The notes: a model not told the origin generated them from the sequence alone. 64,000 bases of DNA from Takakia lepidozioides (GCA_030704615.1 CM060731.1:65968001-66032000), one strand, 5' to 3'. Shown: positions 29,101 to 41,997, counted from the stretch's first letter. A program made the numbers and translations.

Positions 29101-31114
29101 CTGGGCTTCCCTTCTAGCCCAGATATGTAAGACAGGTTTTCTGCAGGATCTCGTCAGCGCATCTAGACATGGTATGAGCATGTCATAGGCAGCCTATGTG
29201 AGGAGATGAATACTAACAGTTGTATGAAGCAAGGCTGCCCACCCTCCCCTAGTACTCTTCAGGATTTACATCGATGCTCAGGAGGGATTCATCTGGGACA
29301 GAGGGGGCATCAGCTTCAAACTTGATGATGGTCACCGAATGGTGCACCCTACAAGCCCAAGTACCCTAAATTTCACTGTATTTGTCCTTGACAGCAAAAT
29401 CAGCAAGCAACAACTTCTCATGGTAGCATGCTCTCACACTCTTGTGCACGTGCAGAAAGAGGAAACACATAGGACATGTCTTCTTGCAGTGAAAACATCA
29501 CCATGCAGAGATCAATGGGTCGGGTGTGGAGCTAAAATGGACAAGGAACTCTGGGTTTATCTTATTGAGTGTCTAGACAGCGCAATGGAGCAATCCAGGC
29601 TCCACATTGTCCTTGACCGATCCTAGCAGAGAGACTCCGGTCCACTTAATGTCATTCAGGAGTGAAATTGAAATTCTTTCCTCCTTCCATAGCTCCTCAG
29701 GGTCTGCTGAAATATATAAAACTTTGATAGATTTATCTTCTTTCCATTCAGTGCATGAGAGCAAAGAGAGAATTCATTGCATCTGCCAGTGGCCCAAAGA
29801 CTGACCAGACACTGGTAAAACAATGCACTAGAAAAACACAACACAGAAAGTAGAACCACAGAAGCAAGAAGAGAGTGGTCCTTGTTTTCATTGCTTGCAA
29901 CCATAGCCCCAGTGGACTATGGGGAAAACTGTAATCCCACAATTGGCAACCCAAGTATGGATCTAGAAGCCCAATAGTAGCTAGTGGAATGCTCAGCCAG
30001 AAACTGCCAAATTGAGAACTGTGGAGGTAGAGAAACACAGACACCCAACTGTGGGGAGGTCTGATCTTTCAATCACCACTACATACATATAGGGCTTCAA
30101 CCAAGTTTCACTTTGTATTTGCAGCTGCATTTCAACAGAAACACAATTTTCAGTATCCATAATTGAAGAAATAAGAGAGCAGGTTGTGGACCTGCAGCCA
30201 GTGGGTGAGAAGCAACAGCGGTGCAACTCCTCGAGGGTGTCCCGCAACACTTGAAAGCAGGGGGAGTGTGAGACCAGACAGATGCACTTGTCCACAAAAG
30301 AATTGGCGGGAATGCCATATGCTTCGGCGACATCATTGTCCACGGGATCTCGGAACGCCACACAGCTCACATATATCTTCGATCCGTCTCCATCTAAAGC
30401 GGGATCACTCAACTATGAGCAGTCCAGAGTATTCCTTTAAATCAAGGCTCATTTCAAATTTCCTTCAACATACCACTTCCCTCTATTTCTCTTCTGACTA
30501 AAAACCTCCAATCAAACTTCAATTCTTGCAATGTGATACAAGGAGGCTTTGTAGAGTAGGTGTCACTAAGTGAAGCAAAAATGACAGTCTTGGCGAAGAC
30601 AGCGCAATGCAACGGGAAAAGATAGGAGCATTTCTGTACCAGTCAGTACGATGGGGTAGCTGCGTGGTTGGCTCCTTTGATCATCTTCACTAGACCCCGT
30701 GGAGTACAACTCCACTCCCCCTGGCAGCACACACTACACACACACACACCCCGAGTTCTTCCAGCGCCTTTGCAAAAATGTGATTTACAGTACGACGCAC
30801 CTCAATGCCATGTACATCTCCGGATCCAGAAAATGCTCCCAAGAAAATTGATAAACAAAGGAAGACCTAGAACATGCACCAGTGATTCTTCTGAAAATTT
30901 TGAAAGGCACAAATTCCAAACTAACCAATCGATCAATTACCAAAGGCAGCTGCGGAGGTGGAGGTGGACAATCAGCGTGGGGCGAAGGTGGAAACTGGTC
31001 CAAGAGAGCAGGCTGGTACATCACACACGTCCCATGATACCCCCGCAGCCCTTCTGTGGACTGCAATTCGGGGCCCAGCCCGCACACCACGAAGTAATCC
31101 ACCAGCCTGCCCAT
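14137..31114 (-). CDS. SCD1: SCD1 (STOMATAL CYTOKINESIS DEFECTIVE 1)-like DENN domain + WD40 repeat protein, roughly 30 exons
   Basis: Exons read in the expected order: [17 protein letters not shown]; [16 protein letters not shown]; [25 protein letters not shown]; [12 protein letters not shown]; [15 protein letters not shown]; [17 protein letters not shown]; FWEGYF; WD40 exons ([45 protein letters not shown]); last exon [29 protein letters not shown] at 14139-14137. Confidence 0.93.
23636..23947 (+). pseudogene. Acidic/lysine-rich gene fragment (FKBP53/nucleoplasmin-linker-like), antisense in an SCD1 intron
   Basis: IEEVEEGED...AKKRKK...DSEDENGF, followed by a GTAAG donor at about 23944. Resemblance is by memory of the family only. 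Confidence 0.35.
26880..27900 (+). pseudogene. Decayed PLS-class PPR gene, antisense in an SCD1 intron
   Basis: Fragments in shifting frames: [12 protein letters not shown] (about 27245), [13 protein letters not shown] (about 27340), [20 protein letters not shown] (about 27503), [18 protein letters not shown] (about 27640). Boundaries approximate. Confidence 0.75.
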
Positions 31115-31404
31115 CTCTGTCTCGCTGCTCTCTGCTCATCTACCATGGATCGGTGGATCCATACAAGAAGGTCGCAGAGACAACTCAGAGAGCAGCGCAG
31201 AGTAGCTGCTCGCACGCACCAAAGCTCATCAACGTCACATCCCGCCATTCATCCAAAAATCACATTCATAAATAAAATGGAAACATAACGGAAATCAATG
31301 ATCTCAAAACAAAAACAAAAAAAAAAAAAATCTACCGCCAATTTTGTTTCTTTTTCTTTTTCTTTTCTCTTTTGGGCCAATTTAGTTATAGAAAAGGGGC
31401 ACAT

Positions 31405-31630
31405 CAGCTGGTAGCTCAGCTGGTAAGTGCAAAGTGTTGGTGGTTTGGGGTTCAAACCCGCTGCCCTGCCTGGTGTGTGGATTGTTCGTGACCGGCTGGT
31501 CTGGTGGTGACCTTTCCCACCTGTGTGCCTAATGGCTTATCTGAAAGGGGGTTAATTTTTCCCCCTCCTCAAGGGCCTGAATTGTGAGCAGTCACTCCCA
31601 GGTTTCCTTTTTCAAAAAAAAAAAAAAAAA
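31405..31630 (+). mobile_element. tRNA-derived SINE, copy 1
   Basis: A box TAGCTCAGCTGG, B box GGTTCAAACCC, 3' end GGGCCTGAATTGTGAGCAGTCACTCCCAG plus poly(A). A related copy starts at 32032. Confidence 0.8.
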
Positions 31631-32031
31631 GGGAATGGTGTTTTAATTTTTTCCCCGGAATAATTGATAATAAAAATTTAACCCGGCCAGGGCTTCTATC
31701 CCCTGTTCACTAAAATTTTAAAAACAAAAGGAACAAAAAAGGGAAAAAAAATGGAATCCCAAAGAAAAAAAAAACATTTCGACCAGGCTTGTGGCAACCG
31801 TACTTGCCAGAATATTGACCCAGTATAAAGTTATTAGGTTAAAGATATTTATTTATTTATTTATTTATTATTTGTTTTTAGATATATTCCTGTAGTGATT
31901 CGGAGTGAGAAGTGGGAGACTAAGTTTAGAGCAGGAAGAGGGTTCACAAATGCCATGTCATGGTCGTTTTTTATACTGTACAAAGAGCCCATAAGTTTTG
32001 TGGAATTGCTTGATTTGTAAGTTGTGACCAA

Positions 32032-32924
32032 CAGTTGGTAGCTCAGTTGGATAGTGCACTGAGTGCCACTCAGATGATTATGGGGTCAAATCCTGCCACC
32101 TTGACGGGTGTGGTATGTTCTTTTCCCCCTTCCCTTGGGCGGTCTGCCATGCAAGAGCTTCAGGGCGGGGTTATTGTGAAAGAGGTTATTTTCAGTGTTG
32201 GGCGGTTATGTAATATTTTTGATAACCCCCGGTCCAGGTTCTCTCTTTATGACCGTCTTCTAGGAACCTCCGGTTCAGGTTATTTAGATTTTGAAGATTT
32301 TCAAGAACCACCGGAGCCGGTTATTAAGCGTCTTTCCATGTCTTCCGGTTCTGATACATACCAGTTATTTGGCTACTTTCATATGCCGGTTAGCCAATCC
32401 GGTTCGGATATATTATAAATCTAATAACCAAGATAGAATTGCCGGTCCTTGTAACGGTTACGGTTAGAAGAGCCTTACGGCTTAGGCACTTTGGTGAACT
32501 ATAGCACTTCTATATTTATTCCAACACACTTTGTATGCGTTCATATGATTCACAAAGACCTCTTCCTTATCATTGTACTAAGAATAAGAGAGTAAACAAG
32601 AGATGTTGGCTAAACCTAACCGCTGGTTACCAGCAAGTATCATTAAGTGTAACCGGGGGTCTCATCTTACCCCACACAGGTCAGGTTAATTAAAAACAAT
32701 GTCTCATGCCTCGCCGGTTCCAAACCCGGGCGGTTATGGGGGCGTGTGGACCCGCAAGGCCGCCGGTTCCTTGCGCTGGGTATATATCCGGAACCGGACC
32801 CGCTGGTTATTGGTCACGAATACAGAGAACCGCCCAACACTGGTTATTTTCTCCTCTCACTATAATTAACTTAGGGGCCTGATTTGTGAGCTGTCACTCC
32901 CAGATATTTTCCAAGAAAAAAAAA
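32032..32924 (+). mobile_element. tRNA-derived SINE, copy 2, split by a MITE
   Basis: A box TAGCTCAGTTGG, B-like GGTCAAATCC, same 3' end GGGCCTGATTTGTGAGCTGTCACTCCCAG plus A-tail. Confidence 0.75.
32193..32842. mobile_element. Non-autonomous hAT-type MITE (650 bp)
   Basis: Perfect 15-bp TIR CAGTGTTGGGCGGTT/AACCGCCCAACACTG, 8-bp TSD GTTATTTT (32185-32192, 32843-32850), many internal CCGGTT/AACCGG motifs. Confidence 0.92.
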
Positions 32925-33383
32925 TTGTGAAACCTAACATTTCAAATTGGCAGATTTTGTACTGAAAATTCGTCTTTAGATCATTGCAGGTCTTTCGAGG
33001 ATTTCTGACCTAAGATGATGCTATAGATATGTCAAAAAAATGTAGAGTTGCATGGATTATTGTATGACAATTGGGCCGTCATCTTACATATTGCAAACTT
33101 TTCAAATTGAATTGATCCAACAATAAGTTAATGACCATCAAGGAATGTTGTCCCATCCAAATGCCATTTTTGCTATTGATAATTATTGAGTCCCGTAAGT
33201 GTCTCGTGTCCGTCTCCAAAATGCCATTTTTCCCCAAGTTTTGTATCACAAGTTTTGTCCATTCGGACAATAGATGCTCTCATGCCTTCACCACAATAGT
33301 TGATCTACATCATTCTGCATAGTGCTAGGCTATGTTGACACTAACATAATGAAGTTGGAATTTGTGATGAATGCGTCTTATCT

Positions 33384-33842
33384 TGTAATGCCCCATATTT
33401 GCTTAGCCTAGAAATGACCCGTTTCACCCAAAACGGCGATACACATCCATAGTACAAATTTTTGGCGTATGATGCCGTTAAACCGTTACAATTATATCAA
33501 GGTTAGGGTTAGTTTTGGCTGGTGGCCACATCCTGGCCCTTCATCAGATCTAGGGTTACAAAGCGGCGCCGTGGGTTTTGGCTTGTGACGCCTCGCCATG
33601 CGGCGAGCAACTAAAGCCAGGGCTTTTGTATAAAGACGGCGCCCTGACACAAGGTCAGGGCGGTGTATTCGGGTGTTAGTGTATATGTGATTTCGGTGTA
33701 CAAGCTTTGGATGAGAGCTCCTGTGTGTCAGATCTGCCTGCTTGATCTTCCTCTCGTGCATTGCCTACTCTTTCCGCTTGCCCCTTTGTTGTGAAAACTT
33801 GTTTCTTGAGAGGAATGGAGTATATGCTTTAGGCTCGTTTTG
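33384..33842 (+). repeat. 5' LTR (lacks the terminal AGGCTTCACA)
   Basis: Direct repeat of 47078-47532. Confidence 0.95.
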
Positions 33843-33851
33843 TGGTGGAGA
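33843..33851 (+). other. Primer-binding-site-like sequence TGGTGGAGA (tRNA-Ala 3' complement, 9 nt only)
   Basis: Directly abuts the 5' LTR and starts with TGG. Confidence 0.55.
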
Positions 33852-34054
33852 GAAGTCGGGTAGCGTCTAGGTGTTTTAGCATCCACTGCCCGCTCTGACA
33901 GCATTGTTAGGTTGTTGAAGGATCTGCGCGCTAATCTTTTGATTGTTGCTCTCTAATCAGTCTTGTCTGATGGCGGCCAGTCACCTTGCAATGTCTTATC
34001 ATGTTGTTTCGTATTTGCTTTCTCACCCTGTTCGTTGTGTTGTGTTGCAGGACG

Positions 34055-34966
34055 ATGGCCTCGGTGCGTAGAACTAGCTGTGTAGCACGCAGAGAGGGAG
34101 AAAGCCTATCGGTGCAAGTTGATTTGGTTTTTGAGATTGAGACTGACCCTGCCTTGACAGTAGCGATTGATCTTGCTGCCACTAACCCCTCTCGACGTGC
34201 GCTGCTTGGCATTGTTGCCTCGCCAGTGTCACCCCTACATGAACCCAGCACTGATGGTCCTGGTCTTGTCGTGCATTTGAATTCATCTAGCCCTAGATAT
34301 GATGTTAATGTGAATGAGGCCGAGGCCCGGTCACCGAGAGATGAGAGGCCACCCAGCTCTCTAGATAGTTGCAATCCAGAGTACTATAATTTTGATAATT
34401 TCTATGATCCAGGTCATGATTACGAGTGTCCGAGAGAACGAGAGAGAGAGTTTGAGAGGGATGTTGAGCGCTCTCAGGAGTATGATGAGTCTCTAGGAGA
34501 GTTGCTTCCGGAGGATGTGCAGTGGTTTGAAAAGTTTGAAGCATCTGTTCGAGAGGATACTCGTCGTCTGAATAGTCATCACGAGGCGATTTTTGTGCGA
34601 CTTGGGTCTAGTTCTGACTTTGGGAGAGAGAGTGCGTTGTGCCAGACCCGAGCCGTCGTGGCTGTCAGGAACTCCCTGCGCTTGCGGCCAGAATTATTCA
34701 AGGCTCGTCTTCTTCATCATCGGCAGGTGGCCTGGGAAGCGCTCGGGCTCCACTTACCATTATCCGTCCGCCGTGAGTTGGGCATGTGGCAGACGACCGA
34801 ACAGACAGCAGGATCTTGGCTCTCATTGTTGCTTGAAGGCTCTGGAGCCTTGTTGTTACGAGCTCTTCGATTTCACTCCCGGGTGTGTCGTTACAAACCC
34901 ACGACAGTGGACTTGGTGGATGGTCTCGTGGGAAATAGTTTGCATGTGCAGTTGCTGACATCGTGA
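34055..34966 (+). CDS. Extra ORF upstream of gag, unknown function (probably continued to about 35250 originally)
   Basis: About 300 open codons inside the retroelement, preceded by a splice-acceptor-like TGTTGCAG. No motif recognised. Confidence 0.55.
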   Translation: MASVRRTSCVARREGESLSVQVDLVFEIETDPALTVAIDLAATNPSRRALLGIVASPVSPLHEPSTDGPGLVVHLNSSSPRYDVNVNEAEARSPRDERPPSSLDSCNPEYYNFDNFYDPGHDYECPREREREFERDVERSQEYDESLGELLPEDVQWFEKFEASVREDTRRLNSHHEAIFVRLGSSSDFGRESALCQTRAVVAVRNSLRLRPELFKARLLHHRQVAWEALGLHLPLSVRRELGMWQTTEQTAGSWLSLLLEGSGALLLRALRFHSRVCRYKPTTVDLVDGLVGNSLHVQLLTS

Positions 34967-35638
34967 TTTTGCCAAGCACCTGCTTTGAAGAGCAGCGTGT
35001 ACTTTGCCCTCGCGTTGCAGATCACCTGGATAGCTTTCCCAATTCCTCAGTGTTGTCCCGGACGTGGGAGGAGACCGGCACGACACGGGTGGGCTTCTGG
35101 ATTAAGGACGAGAGGGTGTGGGAGTGGTTGGCGTTGGCAGTTTATGGTTCCAGTTCTCACAACCTGCTCAAGCTTCTTTCTTGCTCTGTTTGGACACCCG
35201 AAGCTTCACGGGTGCCAAGCCCAAGGCCGCGGCTGCTCATCCTGGCGGCTTAGAGGTTCTTTCTTTTCCACGATTGTCTTTGTTTTTGCATGCCATCTAC
35301 AAGTTCTTGGTTGCGATCTGGTAGACAGAAGCTCATGTCTGGTTCGCGAGAGCCACTCGGGCCGCCTGGCAGAGGCATGCCTGATGTAAGTGGGGAATCT
35401 CCAGGCAGGTAATGCCTTGATTGATGAAGTTTCCTTGGACTCTGGTAATTTTGAGGAGGACTTAGGACTGTTGCATGATGATGGTATCGTGAGGATAAAT
35501 AAGGAGGGCTCTGTTGTTTTGCCCATAGAATCGGGGGTGGCAAACCCCGCAATTCTTCCTACTCAGATTAGTGGAGTCATGGAGGTTCAAGGTAGTGAGC
35601 CCATGGTGCGATCTGGTCATGGATAGGGTAGAATCGGG

Positions 35639-36927
35639 TTGGTCTCGGACACTAGGGCTATTGCGAGCAGTATGCCGGCCCAGGTTGCTAACTTGAGTCC
35701 TAGTGTGCTGCCTGTTGTGAATTTCCCTAGTCCCCCTCTCGGGGGAGGGAATTTGTTGCCTGCAAATTCGGGTATGCATGTGGGCAGTTTTCCTGTGTTG
35801 AATGTGCATGGTGTTGTTCAAGGTGGGGGTATCATGATGCAAGGGCCCTCTAGTGTATCTGCTGCTCCGACTCCTGCCATCACAGGTCAATCAATGGGGG
35901 CTCTCCCTACTCCACAGGCTGGGGTGCCATCACACCTTGTTTCTAGCCAATCCATGGGCATGCATGTTAGCAATATCCATCCTAGCGATATAGGATCAGT
36001 GTCAATACAACCGGTGGGAGTGGCATCCACTCTTCCCATGAGTGGAGTGCCACAAACCCACTTGCAGTCGACTTATCCTGCTGCTCAGCCAAATGTGGCA
36101 ACACCTGCTCTCCCCATGGGCATGGTGGCGTCACATTTGCCAACTTCAACTGCTGCAGGATCAGCCAGCAATAATAATATGAGTTATAATTCTGCATCTA
36201 ATATTGGATATGTGCATAGTAGTGCTGCTCTCCCATGGTTCCCTATTGCCCTGCTCATGGGTCTGTCCTCCCTGGTCACATCAACCATAGTCTGCCTTGT
36301 CATTTGATCCCTCAGCTGACTACTCAACCTTACCCAGAATATACCATGGGAGAAGACTTTGATAGACATCTTCAGATGTTTGAGGTCATTGTTAGTGTCA
36401 ATGGAGTGCCTGAGAATTTCAAGATGGCGATCTTTAGGATGAGCATGAAGGGACCAGCTCGTGACTTGCTGCATGCAGCTGTCATGGATGATCCCAGCCT
36501 CAACTGGGCAGCTCTGGTGGAATGGGCAAAGACCTTGTTCAAACCTCCTGAGAGGCCTCTGGATTGCTTTACCAAGCTTTCTGCCAGGACTTACCAACCT
36601 GGGGAATCCTTGTGGAAGTATTACATGGATCTTAAATTTGTTGCCGTTGAAAATATCATAGACCCGGCAGAGAGGGATCGTATGGTTAAGAGGTATTTTC
36701 TCCTTGGGTTGCCTTCCACTATTCAGAATTGGGCTCAGCGACGTCATTTTGTCAATGACAAGACTATGTTATCAGAAATTAATCTTAAAATGGCAGACTC
36801 GGCTGACAGCAAATCAATGCAACATCATGTCAAGTTTCAAGCTCCAATATTGGGCTCAGAGCTTGGCATGTCTGCTACATCATATGTTCCTCCTGCTATG
36901 CTATACAAGAGGGCAGCTACTGTGTGA
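35639..36927 (+). pseudogene. gag: gag, frameshifted and 3'-truncated by the insertion
   Basis: P/S/G-rich N-terminus, then a capsid-like region (EDFDRHLQMFE...MKGPARD...W..L...F...YQPGESLWKY...FLLGLP). Confidence 0.8.
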
Positions 36928-37556
36928 GCAGCTCACGTGAGCACGCTCACCCTTAAAGTGGAAAACGTGAGCAGAATCCCTAAAGCATGAGCAGATTAGT
37001 GAATGGGAGCCTACAACCAAGGGAAGAAGAGGGCCTATTGCCGTGGAAAAAAACTACAATGCACGGACACATGCAGACCCCATCCGACGGGACAATCCAA
37101 GCTCCATGACGACCATATGGTACGAATGTGCGATGAAAAAGCCGACAGATGAATGGTTTCAGGATGAATAAAAAGTGGAAATGATGAATGGTGGATGACT
37201 GTTGGATGAGAAATGAGCGAAATGGATGAACCATGACCTCGTTTTTGTTTCACGTGGAGCAATTGCATCTCGAGTGTGTCCTGAATTTCAGATTTGTCGG
37301 CTGATCCTAGCAGTACTTACTTTGAGGGAACTTGAAGGAAACTGTTGAAGTTAGAAGACAATTACATACAGGAGTAAATTTGAGTTACCTATGGACTCTT
37401 CTGATGGGGGTGGGGCTGCAGAGGAGGGAGGAGGATAGAACATGAGAAGTGGAGGACAAAACCAAATCGCAGAAACATTTCTCCAAAAACAATGAACCCA
37501 AAAAATTGAGTTCAAAAAAACATTGAAGGCGGTGTGTGTCCAGGTGGGGGGGGGGG

Positions 37557-38239
37557 TTAAGGTGTCGTCAACGACATCTTAATTCCCACCTCTTGTTGCC
37601 ACAAACATTTCATGGAAAATCCCAAAAAACCAGAAAATTTGAATCCAACAAAACTACAAAGCCGACACCTGTGCAGGTCGCGGCGATTAAGGTGAATCCC
37701 ACCAGCTGCTGCCACATGTCTTTTCAGATTATGGCCCAAAAAAGGAAAAAACATAAATCCAACAAAACTTTGAAGGCGGTGCGTGTGCAGGTCGCGGCGA
37801 TTAAGGTGTCGTCAACGACATCTTAATTCCCACAACCTGTTGCGATATGACAGTTCATGGAAAAACCCAAAAAACCAGAAAAAAATGAATCCAGAAAAGC
37901 TTTGCAGGCGGTGCGTGTGCAGGGGGGATTAAGGCGTCGTCAACGACATCTTAATTCCGACCACCTGAACAAAACTTTCACGGCGGTGCGTGTGCAGGGG
38001 GGGTTAAGGCGTCGTCAACGACATCTTAATTCCGACCACCTGAACAAAACTTTCACGGCGGTGCATGTGCAGGTTGGAGGAATTAAGGTGTCGTCAACGA
38101 CATCTTATTTCCCACCACCTTTTGCGACATTTCAATTCATCCAAAAATCCAAATAACCCAAAAAATATGAATCCAACAAAGGTACGAAGGCAGTGCGTGT
38201 GCAGGTGGGTGGATTAAGGTGTCGTCAACGACATCTTAA
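37557..38239. repeat. Left palindrome array of element A: 6 full + 1 collapsed copy of TTAAGGTGTCGT-CA-ACGACATCTTAA
   Basis: Copies at 37557, 37801, 37929, 38004, 38083, 38214, each preceded by a GGCGGTGCGTGTGCAGG-like motif. Confidence 0.95.
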
Positions 38240-38371
38240 TTGGAAAAACCACCAACCCCAAAACAAACAAACCGAAAACAGATTCAGCCAAAACAGAAAT
38301 AGAACATGTTAAAAACATTACATTGAACAAAGTGGAGTCATTGTCAAAGAATCCAACTCCTTCTGAACACC

Positions 38372-41300
38372 TCACATTTCAGTAATCCTATCACGCTACA
38401 AAAGTGTATGAACGTCAGTGGGACCCATTGTACACTGGTGAATGCACGTGTCTCGGTGAGGATCACAAAACATCCTGTGAATGTAGATGTAGTATAGGTG
38501 TTTGCACAGGACAAATTTGGGTTTCTTTCCAATAGAGCTTGATAAAGTGTCCTAGAGTCCGGGCATGTGCAATTTGGAAAATTGCCAACAGTTACCTCAT
38601 AAGTCCTGTCGTGAACAACAGAACCCGATGTCACCATACTGTACACCCGCCCATAGCCTGGAGGGGGGACATTGACAACTTGGGTCACCCGACACTGCAG
38701 GTTTCTTGCTGACTCAGTTTTGCAATCGTTTTCGGGACCTGCCTCAACACGATGGACCGGTTTTCCATTCGTTTCGTAGGCCAGTCGTTCCCATGTGGTG
38801 GACATGGGGGGAATGCGGATTGCGAACCCCGACATGAAACTGGTGTTATGACTACTGGGCCTCTTGGAAGACGAAACTCGACATCCTCCAGCATCTCAAT
38901 TTCTTGCTTCGACAAACATGTTCCCAACTTCACTGGCTACACAGCTGGAATTTGAGGCTTGCTAAGGACTGAATCCCGGCAAGTCCCCATCACACAACGC
39001 TGAATGTCATCAGGGCAAAACCAGAACTTGTGAGGCCTGGACTCTCGCGCACCGTAATGTTTGAATAAACCAGTGAAAGACGGGGCAGGAGTACCGCCTC
39101 CGCCCCTAGAAATCTTGCTGGTGCACTTCACAAAGGACAATGCCCTAACAGCAGAACACCCAACTTTTGATCCTTGGGCTGTCTGTTCAATGTACCATAT
39201 TGCATCCACACAATCGGACTCTTCCACCGCCAACATCATCTCTCCCTCTCCCCGCACTGGAGCAGAGGGATATGAAGCATTGTATACAGCAGAAGAACAG
39301 GCACCGACAGAGGGACTGCCAAATTCGAATGTTGGAGGCCGCACAGGCACACGAGGAATTGAGTAATTATCCCTGTCATGCCGATGGGAGTCACCAGTGT
39401 CAAGTTTGCGCTTGCATGAACCGAATCTTTCCTCCCCTTCCAGATGTGGGAGTCTGGACTGCAAAGGTGTTCCATTTGTGAACTCATTCACAACACGCGC
39501 CATTTTAGCGGGATCCTTCGCTCTATTTGCAGCCCTGAGTAGCAACTCTTCCATGTTTGGACCTTTGCCAACTCCCCGTCCCCTCAAGAAGTCTCGATAC
39601 CTTGTTTGTTGCGAAACAGCCCGGACCATGTCATCTGCAGTCGCAATGTAGAGGTTCCTCCCGTTTTTGCCGGATTGTGCCATCCACTGACTATGCACAG
39701 TCTCCGCTAGATTGCAGGAGGGCATATCGGCAATGTCCTCCAACGACATGTTCTGCATGCAATTCAACACAAGCATGATTACGTACAGCAGCATAAGAAC
39801 TGGATTGGAGGGCCTGTTCGTTCCATGATATATCTCCCGACGAGAAGGAATAAAGGAAAATCATGCTAATTTGCTAATAACTTACAGTTGTCATGAAGGC
39901 ACCCCACTGTCTATATCCGAAGTGCCAGAACCCCAACCAGTCTTCCAGTTCTTTGATTCCATCCAGACTGGCTACCTCAGATGAGTACCACCATGCTTGA
40001 ATAGTTTGGAACATAGAGTTGGCTTCTTGTTCGGAGGTGGCATCTTTATACAAACGGCATAGTCTCATATGCTCCTCCCGCAACTCCAGTTTTATGGAAC
40101 TCTTTGTGTGGCGTTGTAGGGACTGGCTCCAATGAAAGAGGCAAGTGCGTTCCTGGCCTTCCATTGGTACTTTGGGGTCGCCTGAACCAAAAACTGTATG
40201 GACAACATTCCAATTCGCTTGAGCGCTGTCAGCCATGAACCCAGTGAAGTTTGGATCTGGGACACCATGAGCTGTCACAACATTAACAAGGGACTTCCAC
40301 ATAAGAATTTGTGACTCTGTGTCCTCCGACTGCATGTCACAAACAGCAACAGTCATCACACTCTGGTCTGCAGGATCGTATACATGACAGGCCATGGTCG
40401 TCCATTCCTTCACACGTTTCACGTGATCAAACATAACCCAGGATTTCTGAAGATCACCACCAGGCTGCATTCTTCGCACCAGACTAATTCCCGATCCCTC
40501 ACCAACTGTGGACATCTTGATCAATAAGTACACTTTCCTGGCACCTTGCCCCGGGAAAACACTGTCCTGAATGAAGTCATATCGGCTTATACGCTTTAAC
40601 TCCAGGATGCTATCCATAAAGCCTGTGTTGGCAGCACCCCCCCTTAGGACGTTGATTTGATTTCGCACATTTGGAGAACTCAATGTTGAGAAATGGTCCA
40701 GAACATCGTCAAGGGAGGCAGTGTCAAATTTAGTGGTGGACTCCGGCGATTCCCCAAACAAATACTTTTGTAGGAATCCTTTGCTTGCTGCCAGAGCAAT
40801 GGTTGATGGCGATGCACCAGGAGCACTATGAATTTCGTGTTGAAGCAGTGAACAGACTGTATCAATTGTTTCTCTGCACTGTCCTCGGGACACCGGATGT
40901 GCATGAAGGCCGATATGGATACATGCCCTTGTGAGGTAACTGCAATTGTGAAGCACGTAGTACATACGTGCATTGCAATCTGCAACGCACTGTGGGACCA
41001 ATTTACAGAACTTGCAAACAAGAGTACTACTGCTTGCAGGAGCACAACCTACTTTGAAAGGGTTGTCGCTGACACCTTCCCATTCCGTCTCGTTTGCCGA
41101 ACCGTCCATTTGGAAGTGCTGGCAAGATGCATTTGGACAACGAAGGTGTCCAACGCAAATCGATCTACGGAACTTCAAGCCATGCGGATTGCATATATTG
41201 GAAGTTTTCGTCCGGCACCATGGATGTCCATCGTGCTTCTTGTCCATGCCCGCCATTCGTCCTGCCAATCCCCCAGAGGATGTCGCTGGTGGCAGCTCAA

Positions 41301-41997
41301 AAATGATATGACCGTTAAATTCATTGGGTAGGTATTTTGCTCTAACGATTCGCTGTGTATCCCAGTCAATGCCTCTCACATCACTCTTGCATCCTGGAAA
41401 CCCCCTCAATGAAAGCAACTTCGGTATGACACTTGCAATTTCTTGCACATCGGGGTCCCCCAGCAGACGTTGATTCAGAGGAGGTGGGAGCTCCGACACG
41501 TCCTCTTCTGAGCTATCGGAGATATCAACAAATGTGGTGGAGGTTGTCTCTTCTCTTTTGATGGGCAGAGTTTTGGGCACCTGAGCCACCGAAGCTGTTG
41601 TTCCGGGCGTGACTATGGAACCTCCCGACAGACGTCTTTGATCCCCATGAACGCGATACTTTGCTGGTGGAACTCTCCACTCTAGCCGACTGCCAGACAA
41701 ATGTGGTTTCTGAACGCATGTGCCCTCGACCTTACCCACTTTGTCATACACCTCTCTCACTACATGTACAGTCCCTGCCTCAAAGCGGAAGGTCACGCAG
41801 AGCAAGTCTTCTTGAACTACGGCGAGCCCATTCACGTCGGCTACTGCACTCAGGTACTCCACTTGCGCGTTGGAGTAGAAAACAACGACGTCGGAGTTGA
41901 AAGACATTGCATGAACGAGTGCGGGAGTGTGGGCAGTGGAGAGCAGGTGACAAGAGTACACCAGGAAGGCCGAATTCGTGGAACCACTTCCTGACAA
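38372..41997 (-). pseudogene. MULE-type transposase A: GCM/WRKY-like Zn domain + DDE + SWIM
   Basis: DGHPWCRTKTSN..FRRSICVGHLRC..C; D in FDHVKRV, D in FMADSAQA, CLFHW (CxxH); intron 39885-39753; E in CNLAETVH; SWIM CTCPD...CKHLYY. Frameshifts near 38935, 38830 and 38560. Confidence 0.85.

Noticed and set aside
31405-31470. tRNA genes here and at 32032
   Set aside because: No full cloverleaf; a shared non-tRNA tail and poly(A) indicate SINEs.
33499-33513. Telomere-like TTAGGG in the LTRs
   Set aside because: Only about two units, too short to be significant.
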